From Hydrolagus colliei (Eukaryota): a DNA stretch of 64,000 nt. Position numbers and translations under genes: made by a program. The first letter of the stretch is position 1. Each line of letters starts with the position of its first letter. The stretch covers positions 16,864,001 through 16,928,000 of the forward strand of contig CM068746.1 in assembly GCA_035084275.1 (NCBI GenBank). The letters run 5' to 3'. Under the pieces are notes generated by a model. It did not search any database. It saw nothing but the letters and a program-made list of their open reading frames with translations, and had not been told where the DNA came from. Positions 13,841 to 26,158 of the stretch are shown here, piece after piece.

Positions 13841-14657
13841 AATTATGCAGTAATTAGGAATATTTACCTATGTTAGTGAGAAAGCATGAGCACCAGGCAA
13901 GTTCAAAACCAGGACAAGTAATTTGGGGTTAAACAATTAACCCAGCCATGGGTTAGTGGTCTGAGGAACTGCGCAACTGAGTAACTGGGAACCAGGCTAA
14001 CATCATAATTCACCTAGTTCGTGAACCAGCCTTGAAAATGTTCATGCACTACAAGGGAGAAGATCAAGCAATGAATTAGTAGAATACAAAGTCAAACTTG
14101 AACATATCAGTAATCCTCCCATTCATCCAGGGTATTTAACTGTAAGCCTGCTTCATATCCACTGTCCGTCCATCAGTAGATGAGCTTTCTGCCTCTATTC
14201 TCTGCAAGTTCATTCTTGGGTCCATGTGTCTCGTTTCTCACTCCCTCAAGTTCAAGTCTGCTTTAACTTGTTTCTTTTCATATCACCTTCCATCCCCTCC
14301 ATCATCTCTCCCATCCCCAGCAAGGGACCTAATATTTATAGTATATTTTGTGAAGTGCTTTGAGACGTCTAGAAGAAGTGAAAAGTGCTATATCAAATGT
14401 AAGGATTATTATTGTAGCCACAACAGTGATGATATTCTAATCATCACAAAGAGTAGCTTCAATATGACCCAAGTTAATTGTAATGAAAATAATTCTTACA
14501 AATCTCTGTTACAAAGCTTTTCGAATTTGTTTTATGTAACTAGCCACACAGGTTGTGTGAAAACAATAGGATAATTGCTACAACTGCTTTTTGCTACCTT
14601 AGAAATTACTGTCTCTCAGCAACAAAACTCCTCAGCCAGCTGCAAACAAAGCATGTA

Positions 14658-15574
14658 CAGTAGAAGCCCGTTTATCCGTGACCTGATCAACCATAACGTC
14701 CGTATAACCAGCACTGCAAAAAAAAGGTCCACATTCGATTAACCGGAATTTATCCAGAAAAATGCATTTTTTAGGGTTTTGTGCTGCGTCAGTATTTTGG
14801 AATGCTGCTATTAGGTAGATGATGGTGGCGCTAGCTCAGAATGCTGCCAGTACAGCATTCTGCAGAGTGTACAGAGGTACAATCTCCAAGTTTGAGAGAG
14901 GAAGGAGAGCGAGGGTGAGTTCATTAGTTTAGCCACAAAGCAGCAAAACACATACACAAGCAAAGCTTGCAAAGCCTTAGCTTTTATTTTAATAAATTTA
15001 AAAAATTAATTAAAAAAAACACAAACCCCTGCAACACCTTTCAAATCTGGTTTATTTTACAAATACCTTTAAGCTTGGGAAGCTGCAGTGTATATAACAA
15101 ATACACTCAGTGCCTCCCCTTACCCAAGTCTGATGTTAAAAAACAATCTAACTTTAAAAGTGAAATGAAATGTTTGCTTTCAATACCGATCCTTGGATCA
15201 TTTGGAAGAAAAATTAACTGAACAGTGACAGTGGCGGCTGCTTTCTCAATAACATGTTTGCTTTCCTCTCTTCTGCCCCCAATGAGAACAGTGTCATTCA
15301 GACGTGTAACTTTTGCACTAGTTTAAAGATCTCTCTGAACTGCCTGGTCACTGTGTGTAAAATTATTACAATTATTATTTATATATTATAATATAAATGA
15401 TTATTTAGTCTATTATTAATATGCTATGTTTAAAAAAATGATTTAATCATTATTAAAATGATTTTTTTTTAAATAATATTTTTTTTTGTGTTGAGTTTTC
15501 TGCCGAATAGCCAGTAGGCGCTTTAACCGGCACTGGCCAGGTCCCAAGGGTGCCGGATAAACGGGCTTCTACTG
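14658..15574. mobile_element. Non-autonomous Tc1/mariner-superfamily DNA transposon (Tigger/pogo-like), 917 bp
   Basis: Perfect 21-bp TIRs CAGTAGAAGCCCGTTTATCCG at 14658-14678 and 15554-15574, TA on both sides, subterminal (T/C)AACC repeats, no transposase ORF. Confidence 0.9.
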
Positions 15575-15624
15575 TACGTGAAATCATGCACTTTACATGC
15601 GTTGATGATGCATTTTTATGCATT

Positions 15625-15927
15625 GATGATAATAACAATAATAATCTTTGCATTTGATATAGCGCTTTTCACGTCTTCTACACGTTGTAAAGTGTTTCAC
15701 AGAATATGCCGTGAAGTGAGTTTGGGGCAGCCAATTATGTGCAGCAGTGCACCACAAACAGTCGTGGATTGAAGTGACCAATGACCAATGACTGTGACCA
15801 ATTATTGTTTTTTTTCTTGAGGGATTATTATCAAGCGGGTGGAGTAAGGAAATTTAGATTTCCTGCCCTGCCGGGAATCAAACCCACGTCTCTCGCTTGT
15901 GAGGTGAATGCTCTAACCACTGACTCC
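15625..15927 (-). mobile_element. tRNA-derived SINE, short subfamily
   Basis: Same body and tail as the other copies, with a small internal tandem duplication (tgaccaa). Confidence 0.88.
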
Positions 15928-17471
15928 AATTAAGTAGGTTTGAATAAAGTTCGGAGTGAACACATCCATTGCACATGAGCTTGTATGCTTTTTTTTATGT
16001 TTTTGGTGATTACTTGTGAGATTCATGTCCTTTTTCTGGTATGTAACCAGTTTGGAACTGTCAGAGATGGGAGTAGACATACTCAACGTATAGTGAGAGG
16101 ATGTGAATCAGCCTAATCAATGGGGGCAGTGCAGTTGCCTTGAGCAAAATAATCTGCTGACTCACAAGACTCACAAGAGGGGTCAGAACAGCTCCTTTGG
16201 TTGTTTCAACTGTTGTGTAGTTTACATTTGATATCACCACAGACATGATGCTGAACAGAGAGCCCTCACTCTGCTGAGGGAGTGCAAATCAAAGTGCAGA
16301 TGATGCCAAAGACATGAGAAGTGGTCATCTAACTGGCTAAGATCAGTCTACATGTCATCCTGAATGTCTGCAAATTCTTTGCGCAGAAAGTACTCCTTCC
16401 CTAACCTCAGCCAAACACAATCAGAACTGATGTAGTCCAGCCTTTACATCAGCAAATGCAGGATGCAATACACATCATTCTCCCTTAAATTTAGCATCAT
16501 GTACGTCAACATTTACTTAAGTAATTTCTGAAGTTAAACTAAAAGGAAATGATCAAGTATAGAGATGCTACCCTTAATATATCAATACATGGTTCAGTCA
16601 AATAAAATGCTTCCATAGCAACGCCACTTAATTATGAACTGGAACTAAGCACGTGGAGTTTTATGATTAATAATGCAAACTGAATAGTAGAAACCTAAGT
16701 CAAATGCTGCTTCAAGTGTTGATGGCTAACCCCACTGTATACAGTATTATGATACTTTGTGAGTAATACAGACCATTAAGTGTACTATTGCTCGCAGTCA
16801 TCAAGCAGAGATCTCATTCTACTCTATTTCTCAATGGCTCCATTTATAAGTCAATGTGGAGCCTTCAATCTAGTATTGACTTGTTTTCTTCATATTAATG
16901 GGTGGTTTACTCACTGTGCAGCCAGCAAAAATGGGGAGCTTGTTTACATCATTTGACAATATTAACCCCTAGACTGTAAAGAGGTTGACAAACACTGACA
17001 TCTGACTCTGTGGGGACTGTACAAATTTCAGCTCGATTTGAAAAAATATTAAATATTACAGAAGAAAACCAACATGATAAAAATATAACTTCTCAAAGAT
17101 CAAAGTTACATAAAATCCACTAAACTGGATATAAAATGAGACATTTTGTTTTAGATAGTAATGGAGGATGTAGGGTTTAAAAATTTCAAAACTCAAAACA
17201 GGACTAGGGATTTAAGATAATTTTATCCCACAGAGTCAATGGATATGTGGAAATGGCCATCTGCAAAATCAGTTGGATAGAATTAAAACTGATAGCAAAT
17301 GGAAATCTGTAGAGAATCATTCTTGCCACATTTGAGATTTCCTAGTTATAAATTGTTTTGGCAAATCTCACAAATTAAACCCCAGTATGAATTTCCAGTG
17401 GAAATTAACAAAAAGGGGGGAAAAAGTGGAAGTTAGGTGTTAAGCAATATTGGCAAGCCATGCAGAAGAAG

Positions 17472-17676
17472 ATTGGCAAGCCATGCAGGCTGACTATGAG
17501 TTAGACTCCAGCAGTACCCCAAAAGCACACTCTGGGGTCCCCAAGTCTTGGCTCTTGTCAACGTGTGACTAATATTTTCTAGACTTAGGTAAGTATCTAC
17601 CTCTGAAATTTCCATGTGTAGGTGGAATGCATGGAATTCTCAGTTTGATTTGGACACTCTTAAGCACAGTGGTGGG
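17472..17676 (+). repeat. Unclassified dispersed repeat, copy A
   Basis: Aligns to the reverse complement of 38197-38440. Confidence 0.8.
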
Positions 17677-17699
17677 TTTTCGCATGTGCCAGACACACG

Positions 17700-18060
17700 G
17701 CTGACGAAAAAAATAGTTGAGGGAAGTGAGGGGGTAAGAGAAGCCAACCAGAGTTATAAGAACAAAACTCGGACTCAAGGATGGAGATTTGGAAAAATCT
17801 AACCCAGAGATAATATGTAAGGGTTTCAGCGAAGGTGTTAGTAAAGTAAGGGCGTATTCAGATAATGTTTTATTGGTGCTCGGTGGTGGTCTAGCAATGG
17901 ATTAGATGTGTGGTTTCAAACATAGATCAGAGACAACAAAAGGCTCCACTGGATTCAACTGGCAGGGAGGGAATGGAATCAGAGCCAGATACACACACAA
18001 GGTGGCTTCAGTCTTATCGACATTGAGCTGCAGAGAGTTACAGCTCATCCAGGAATGTGT
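17700..18060 (-). mobile_element. Old degenerate L2 RT fragment
   Basis: Minus strand resembles the L2 RT segment W...N.LQLNV.KTEA; highly decayed. Confidence 0.45.
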
Positions 18061-20089
18061 TTAGATGGTCTGGTTAGCAGTGTGGTTTCAACTGTTTGTT
18101 TTCCACACTGAATTTATGTTGCTGCTGTCATAAATCCAACACCAAGTTTCAATTCTAAAAAGACTGTAAAGAGTGCAGCCTGGAAACAGTAACGGTACAT
18201 GAGTTGCCTATGATCACCTCCTAGTACTGTATATAAAGCAGACTGGAATAAATGCAATGAACATTTCATTTGTTCTTCAATAGTCAACAAATTAAATAGG
18301 AAACGGCAGTAAGAATCTCCATCCAAATATTCACATTTATAAATTAAGGATATAATAATTATATTTGTAAAGTGCCTTTCATATCGGGAAGACGTCTCAA
18401 GCTGCTGGTCACTTTGTGCTCTTATTTCTAACCTTTTCCTGGCTTGGTCAAGGCTAAGTTAGCTTTATCACTCACATACTTAAAAAAAAGTTTGACACTG
18501 TAAGGCTTTGATGAATAAATCATGTGTGAAAAATCATTTCTACACGATAGAATTTGAGAATAAAGGGACTATTTGGGCAGTGATGCCCTGTAACACATTA
18601 TCATTAAAATGGAGGTATTTCATGTAAAGCAGAGTGGCTGGTTTGCAAAGATTATTGTAGGCTAGTCTGGGAGACATCATTAAAAAAGAAATATTTTCAC
18701 GATTTATGGTGAAATATCTTCATTATAGAGATTAATACATATTGCTTGAAACTACACGGGCATTCTGAATGGATTTTAATTTTGTTCTCCATCACTGAAT
18801 GCCATATCATCATGATTTGTCTCCTGATGACTAGGATTTGATTTAGTTCAGCTTGAAAAATCAGCAATCTTTAAGTCTTACTGAACCAACAGGTTTCATA
18901 ATAAAGGCAGCCTATTTTAAAATTGACAGAATGGTGCTAAAGTTGCAAAAATAACTAAACCTACACTGCGTTTACCTAGTCAAAATATTTTCAATTTTAC
19001 ACAGCTCTGTGCATCATTTCAACTTAAAATCAACTATATGCATGTGTGCACTGTTAAAACCAGATTCTCAATTGTTTATGTCTATCTTTGAACTGTTGTG
19101 CAGACACATTCCCTTAAAGACGATTACTTCTAAAGAGACACTTTTACGGCAGCTTCTGGCTTGCTCACTTTCTGGAACAGGCAAGCAGACTCCAAAGACT
19201 GTCAATGGTGTGATTTTAGGCTGCCAGGTTACATTTGCGTTTCAATATCTCTACAACACAAATGTTTTTGTGTGCTTGTTCAAATCTTCAAAGGAATACG
19301 CTTGGATTAATGCCTGATCCTCAACAACTGTGTTAAATGTTTCTTGAAAACATTCATTCTAAATAAAAACAAATTGGTTAAAAAAAAATTCTAGCCTCTA
19401 CCTTTGGGCTCTAACTGAACCAAGCAAGCAGCAAAAATCTCTATTCAGGGCACCGCTCACAAGTTTGATGCTGATCAAACTTTGCAAACACAGAAACAGT
19501 GCCAAAAATTACTGTCACTAGCAAGATGCTACACTCTACCTGGAAAGAACTCTGCTTTTAATTTAAAAAAAATATAAAATAAACAACATTTGGAATTTTT
19601 ATTCTTAAAAACTGTGTTACATTTTGAAGCCATTTTTCTGCAAGCTTATTTTAAGAACTACAGAAGGCAGGCGTCAAAGTTAAAACCAAGAATTTAACGG
19701 TTTTCCAAAATTCTGCACCCTCTCTGCAATGTTATGTTTGTTGAAGTAATTCAAGACCCAGGTAGATTTTCACCCCACAGATGGGGAATATTTTTTGTAT
19801 GACAATGGAGTCTCAAAAGCAAACCATACATGTTGTGAAGATTATTATCATTGATTATGCAAGAGCAGCAGAATCCAACCAGAAATTGGGTTTGTGATTT
19901 TGATTGAGGGAGCAAGCAGCAAATGGGAGGCGCAAAACAGGGCGAGTTTCGTGGAGTGGACTATGCAGGGGGTAACCCACATACAGGACTTTTCATCCGA
20001 AGGGCGGCATCTCCAACAATACAACACCCACATATTAGGTGGACGGTTGGTATCAAGAACTGTAAGATTATGAGACTGAGAAAGTCACA

Positions 20090-20350
20090 AGCCTTTTATG
20101 CGAGACTTTGCTGGTTTGGAATTTAGGTAGGATTTAAAGATAGATAAAGAGGGGGCAAGGTGGAGGGATTCAATCGGGGAGTTCCAGAAATGATGGGAGT
20201 CGTGGCTGAAGGCCCGGCCACCAATAATTGCGCAGAGGGGTTGAGGGGCATAAAGTAGGTCCTTGGCAGTTTAATGAAAGGGTGTGGGCAGAGGAGCTGG
20301 CTACAAGCTAGTCAGAGAGGAAGGGAGGTGCTAGATTGTGAAGAGATTTG
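20090..20350 (-). mobile_element. Old L2 3' fragment
   Basis: Minus strand ggtggccgggccttcagcc...ctggaactccc matches the L2 GGRAFS...WNS region. Confidence 0.6.
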
Positions 20351-20681
20351 TGTGTAGGGGTTGCGTACTGCTGCAGATTCACGTTTTCCATGAACCCTGC
20401 TCTAGTTATTATCACTTTGACAGCGGACTCTCTCCTGTCCCCTACGATGTAAACAGACATGCCACCTTATGCCAGCCTCCCTAGCAGAGTTGTATGACCC
20501 AAGGCTGAACAATTCTGCTGCTTGTAGTAATTTGCTAAGTACTGGATTCTCCACATGCCATCAGTGTCTCTGGCAAGGTAGCTATTACACGCAGAGATCA
20601 GAACTTTGCAGACTGAACAAACTGCAATGCTACAGTAGTTTCAGTTATAATTGAAATGGTAATAAGCATATACAGTGTAAG

Positions 20682-21070
20682 GCTGGCTCAGCTGGTAGCA
20701 CTCTTGCCTCAGAGACAAAACGTTGTGGGCTCTAGCCCCACATTGGGAACTTTAATTCACAGCCTAGATAGTGCACTAGTGTCCTGTGGGGAAGCTCTGA
20801 ATTGTTGGAGGTGGCATTTGTCTTTTGGATGAGACATTATTTGAGAGAACCCTTCTGCCTGTTCAGGTGGATGCTGAATATCCCATGGAAATAGTCGAAA
20901 AGTGAAGGGAGTTTCTCCTGGTGCCCTGGCCAACAATTCCCAAACTAAAATGATCAGTCACTTCGGGGGACGTTGCTGAAGAACACTGCACAAATTGACT
21001 GCTGCGTTCACCTACAAAACACACGGCACGCTGAGGTAAAAATCTTGTGAAGCTCCTTGAGACATATTGA
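20682..21070 (+). mobile_element. Older tRNA-headed Deu-type SINE (AmnSINE/SacSINE-like)
   Basis: tRNA-like head ggctcagctggtagcactcttgcctc, then a Deu-like body (ggatgagac..., ggagtttctcctggtgccctggccaacaattcc, aaattgactgctgcgttcacctac). Confidence 0.7.
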
Positions 21071-23557
21071 CCCTGTGATAAACTGTTCATTTACCTCCAA
21101 CAGTGCATTGTTTGCTTGTTTCAGCATTCACTTTCATTTGGTCAAAGTATTGTTTGCTGCACCGTTCATCCCTCGCATTTGGCAGTAAATTGCTGTGAAT
21201 TAGGAAGTAATTCACTGTCAAACGCATAGCATAAATATCACCTGACAGAACAAATCACACAGGAGTTCAGATCCTGTAGCACCTGGAGGAGGAAAGTGAT
21301 TTATACCCGCGCAGTGTAAATGATCCCAAGTGAGCGACTGAATAATCTCAAGTCATTTATATCGACCTTTTTTTAATGTCATTAAGAGCCGATTACAATA
21401 ATCCACTCCTTAACAATATTAAAAAATGAACATACTATGCGATTTCTGCTAAGAGATGCACAGAATGTCAAAGTCAAGTGTTCAATGGGCTTTTGGCCCT
21501 AATCAGAGTAGGAAGTATAAATCAGATTCCTGCTCCACAGCACTATACTTCGGGGAGAGAAGTTGTGTAAATGGCCGATTGGTGCCTGAGTGAATTTGGT
21601 TTACTTTCTTCCCTCAATTAAAGTTTGATGGTCGTGAATTCTTTTCTCACAGGTTCAGACTGCGAAGAGAACTCAAGAGACCGACAAGCCTCAGGTCACG
21701 GCAGGACAGGTTTATTCTTTATGAATTCCCCCCTTTTGAACTGAGATGCAGAAAAACTAACACACTGCAAAACTTGTGTTCTGCAGAACTGCAGGCTTTA
21801 ACGGTAAACATCTTACCTAGGATATTGCATTGCCAGTACAAGTGGTTTACACATTAAAAACAGTAAGAATTACAGAAACTGCAGTTTTGCTGAACCATAC
21901 CGTAAATCAAAGCAGATTAGTTGCTACACATGATGTAAATGTGTGGAGTAAATAGTTATGCATGATGTTGGATATTCAGATTAAATACTTTTGTTTTTCA
22001 CATTTTGCATCTTCCAATTAAGAAGGCTTCAATTAAATGACCCACCCACACACACACAAAGTTGTTTTCTTTTCCCTTTTAAACTGCAGAGCCCTCAATG
22101 ACCTGAACTTAAACCTTAAAATTTGTGACTGCTCCCTTCTATTTTTGAAGCTGGCGAGATATACTACAAGGCGGTCTGTGAGAAAAGAACTGCTCTTTCA
22201 AACCATTCTGTGCCTTATTATCTATCTGTGCCTAGTGGGAAAATCAAGAGATCGGATATCTGTGAGAAAAATACAATACTGTACAATGCCAAAGGGACGT
22301 TCATTCCTGAATTGAATTGAAATTAAAGTACAGTAGATAATTCTGTTTTTATCTAGAAACAAAGGCAACTGATGTGTAACTAGTGATCACAAAATGCTTA
22401 CCACAACGAATACAGGCAGTCTGATTCTGTCACCACAGTGTTTATACACTGCTAAATGGTTAACGGGTTGAAAAATAACACATTCAGGTCACATATGGTT
22501 GTCATTCAATATCTGCCAGGATTCATAGCTGTAATTTCACAGATCTGAGCTAAGTGTTTCGCCATCAGTAAGCTAATGCCGATTCTGAAACGTCTTGAAA
22601 ATGACTCCGACTTGCAATCATTTTAAATTTCCCCTGGACATATTTTAGGTAAATTGAAGTACAATTTTAAGATGGTGGGGATGGAGGCGTGAGGGGGGAG
22701 AGGAGGCGCGGGGAGGATCAGAACACTTCTGAAAGTTAATATTGCATTCAAATGCACTTTTATTAACAGCACAAGAAACTGCAGATTTTGGCTTCTTTTC
22801 TGGCACTTGCCACGCGAATGGTTCAGACGTATCACGATACATCCTGAGACTAATCTATTGTAATCAAGATTCTCGATTTCAAAGCTGTCAGGCCCCTCAG
22901 ATGAATAAACCAGGTGTATGGCAAAGGCCCAACTTAATGCAGTGTTAGCTCAAACCAAAGCAGGGAAAAAAGGCTTTTTTTATATGCATATATTTATAGA
23001 AAACACAATAGGAAAACATAGCATTAACCTTTTAAGTGCTAAAACTACATATGTGAGCCTGCCATGTGAAGCTTCAGTACTGCATTTCACTGAAATGCAC
23101 AGAAGGAGGTCATTAACCTTTTAATGCTGATGTTGATTTCGCAAGTTGAAATTGAGTATTAAAACAGATTGCAAGGTGTCTGACCGTACAAGCTAAAGGT
23201 GCGGAAATGATACTGTTGGAAATCAGAAGCTTTCTGCCATGTGTACAATATTTCACAGACAGCAGAATTGAATTGGAGAAATACAGAGTCCACTGGGAAC
23301 TGCAAACACAGATTGGGGCAGACGCATTGCTCACATCAATGTATCAGACTTCATAGCACCATGAAGGTGGGTAAATCTGCACGGAATGCAAATATCAATT
23401 TATACTTTTGCTACTTAATTAAACACAAATATTTACCCACAAGCTGTTTTAAGCTCATTCAGATAATACTGGGAGAGTTGTTTTTTTACAGGAATACAGG
23501 AACTAAAGAATTCAGTGAAACTAGCATAACTAAGAAAGGTGGACAAATCGGATTATC

Positions 23558-23670
23558 AAATCCTTAATTATCAAATTTATAAATTTGATCAAATTTATCA
23601 ATTTATCATTTACCAACTTTAAATTTATTTGATCAATTTGATCCAATTTTATCAAATTTATAAAATCCTT
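23558..23670. repeat. Irregular TTATCAAAT/ATTTGAT array bounded by direct AAATCCTT repeats
   Basis: Directly visible in the sequence. Confidence 0.8.
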
Positions 23671-24494
23671 GGATTTGCAGAATTGGGATTTTGTTGCCAG
23701 TGCTAACCTAACAATCCGAACACAGAACTAAACCAGAATGCCTCCCGCTCACACTGTGCCAGATCTGTAATTCATTTTATCAATATCAAACCACAGTCCA
23801 CCATGTCAGCTCGCTGAAAATATAGTCCAGTACCATTGGTTTTATGCTACCTCACAGCTCAACCAATATCAAAGCCCGTTAACATCAACAGATATCAATG
23901 TTATATATCTCATCAGAGAGCAGACTGCTATTCCAGATGTGAAAATAGAAGGTTCACACCAGAGGCACTATATCTTTCAGAAAGCATTCAAAATCTTATA
24001 GGCCAACACAATATCCACACTGTGCAATGTTTGCACAGCCCACAGCTCTTTGCTTATCAGGGAACACGATGGCCAAGACTTTCTGTCAGCCCACTTGTCG
24101 GTCAACGCTCTACAAGGAAACACTCGTGTAAGCTACAAACCCTCCAGAGAGCTTGAGGAACCGAAGATAACATTAATCATCAGTAACTAGAGAACTAACA
24201 TTTAGAATGAAAACAAATACAGCTAATGAGGCAATCTCTTCCTCTTCTTTATCTGTTGCTTTAACTCAAACAGAATTACTCACTCTTTTTATTCCTCAAT
24301 ATTATTTTCCACTTCCTATTTAATTAAAGAAATAGGAGAAAAATCATGGAACAAATGATTCAGGGACAGTAACTTTGATGTTGATTCCTCTGAGCTAAAG
24401 CTGAAAACATTGCTGTAGAAATAACTTCAAAAAAGTAGAAGAGTTTGAGTTTTTATGACATCTTCAAGAAGAATCCTCGCACAGCACTTCTCAT

Positions 24495-24660
24495 CTTCCC
24501 TTTCAAAAATGTATTGGATAGGAACTTGAAAAGGAAAAAATTGCAGGGCTACGGGGTAAGAGGAGGGGAATGGAACAAGTTGGATAGCTCTTTCAAAGAG
24601 CTGGTGAGGTACAAGGTGCAAAATGCCCTCCTTCTCCAAGATTCTATGATCCTAGATTGT
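24495..24660 (+). mobile_element. CR1 LINE 3' end
   Basis: FK..LD..L...LQGYG C-terminus and an ATTCTATG-type tail. Confidence 0.75.
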
Positions 24661-24944
24661 CAAGTGTAGTCACTGGTTTCATAGACATATTTGCAATAAT
24701 AAGTCTTTGAGGTGTTTTATTGATGAACTGGAGGATTCGTGATCAGGAGAGAGAAACGCCCTTCTCTTTCCGAATAGTGTCAAACAGTCTTTCTTGTTCG
24801 CCAGGACAGTGAGATGGGACCTCGGTTTAAGATCTTGAAAATGCAGCACTCCCCCCACAGTACTCCATTGGAGTATCAGCCAAGAGTATGAGCTCTTGAC
24901 ATGGTCTCTGAAATATTGACACCTGACTCCTGACTGTTCATCGC

Positions 24945-25190
24945 ATTGGAACGTCCTCCTGACGTGAAAGACGCTCTACAAATGTAATTTTGTTGCTGTT
25001 ATATTGTGCTGCAAATATAACCTTTAAATGTATTTCCTCAACACTCTCCTCTTTGACGGTGCCATTGGTCACCCCACTTTCCCTCCACCCTCCCCACTCC
25101 CGACCCCAGCTCGGGTCTGAAACACTGACTGTTGGGACGTCTTCCTGGCGTGAACGGCGCTACACAAATGTAATTGTTTGTTGTTGTTAA
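24945..25190 (+). mobile_element. Two short L2 3' termini in tandem
   Basis: Two stem-loop plus (TTG)n ends, at about 24945-25000 and 25050-25190. Confidence 0.75.
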
Positions 25191-25832
25191 ATAAATAGTA
25201 TGCTATACAAAGCCAGCCTCATGGCAATGTGTTTGCACCTTGCGTTTGATAATAATCAAAAGTAACTTCACAAAACTAAATTCTTATAGTTCCAGTTAAC
25301 TTCATAGACAAATCATCTTTCCGATTCTGCATGTTGTTCAAGGCCAACCCCGAATCAGTACCTTATAAATCCCTGCGTGCACTGACAAAGATAAAGAAGT
25401 TGGCATGAAATCGGTACAAATTCATGTTCCTGGGGGGCAAAAACGTAAAGGCTAATATCTCTGCAATCAGGAGCCATTCCATTCACATGACCTTTTCTGT
25501 GAACTACTGAACTACTGTACCTGCTTCGAGTTATTGCTACAGTGCGTGACACCCTCCCACCTTGTTCTGCAGAGTGCTTTGAACTCTCACTAGTTGCTGT
25601 GCTGCTGGACAAGCAGAGTGACTTGGGAGAAAAGCACAGCTGCTATTATTCTGTACTGGACTCTACTCATTTATCAATGGCTTGAAGCAAATACCGTACA
25701 CCAATTATGGAAGTCCTTGGAGGAGTGTGAACATAGCCGCAAACAGATGAAGCAAAAGCAAGAAAAGGGGCTAGTAAAAAAAAACAGAAAACCTGTGTTA
25801 AGAAATTCCAAATCTAAAATTATTTCCTCATT

Positions 25833-26158
25833 ATGACCTGCTCCATGTCGCCCACCCGACCCACACTACCATCAGCGGACGGGCTTTCAGCCTCTCTGCC
25901 CCCAACCTTTGGAATTCCATGCCACAATCCCTTTGCCTTGCTCCCTTCCTTGCCTCCTTCAAGGCCTGACTCAAGACCCTCCTTTTCAACCATGCCTTCA
26001 GCCACCACCCTACCTCTCTGCCCTCTCTCATCCCAACCCTGCCTCGCCACCCTCCCCTATGCTCGGGCCCTGACCTGCGATTGTTCAACGCTTTGGGACA
26101 TTCTCCCGGCATGAAAGGCGCTCTACAAGTATAATTTTTGTTGTTGTTTTTGTTGTTG
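25833..26158 (+). mobile_element. L2 LINE 3' fragment
   Basis: RT C-terminus, pyrimidine-rich UTR, stem-loop and (TTG)n. Confidence 0.88.
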
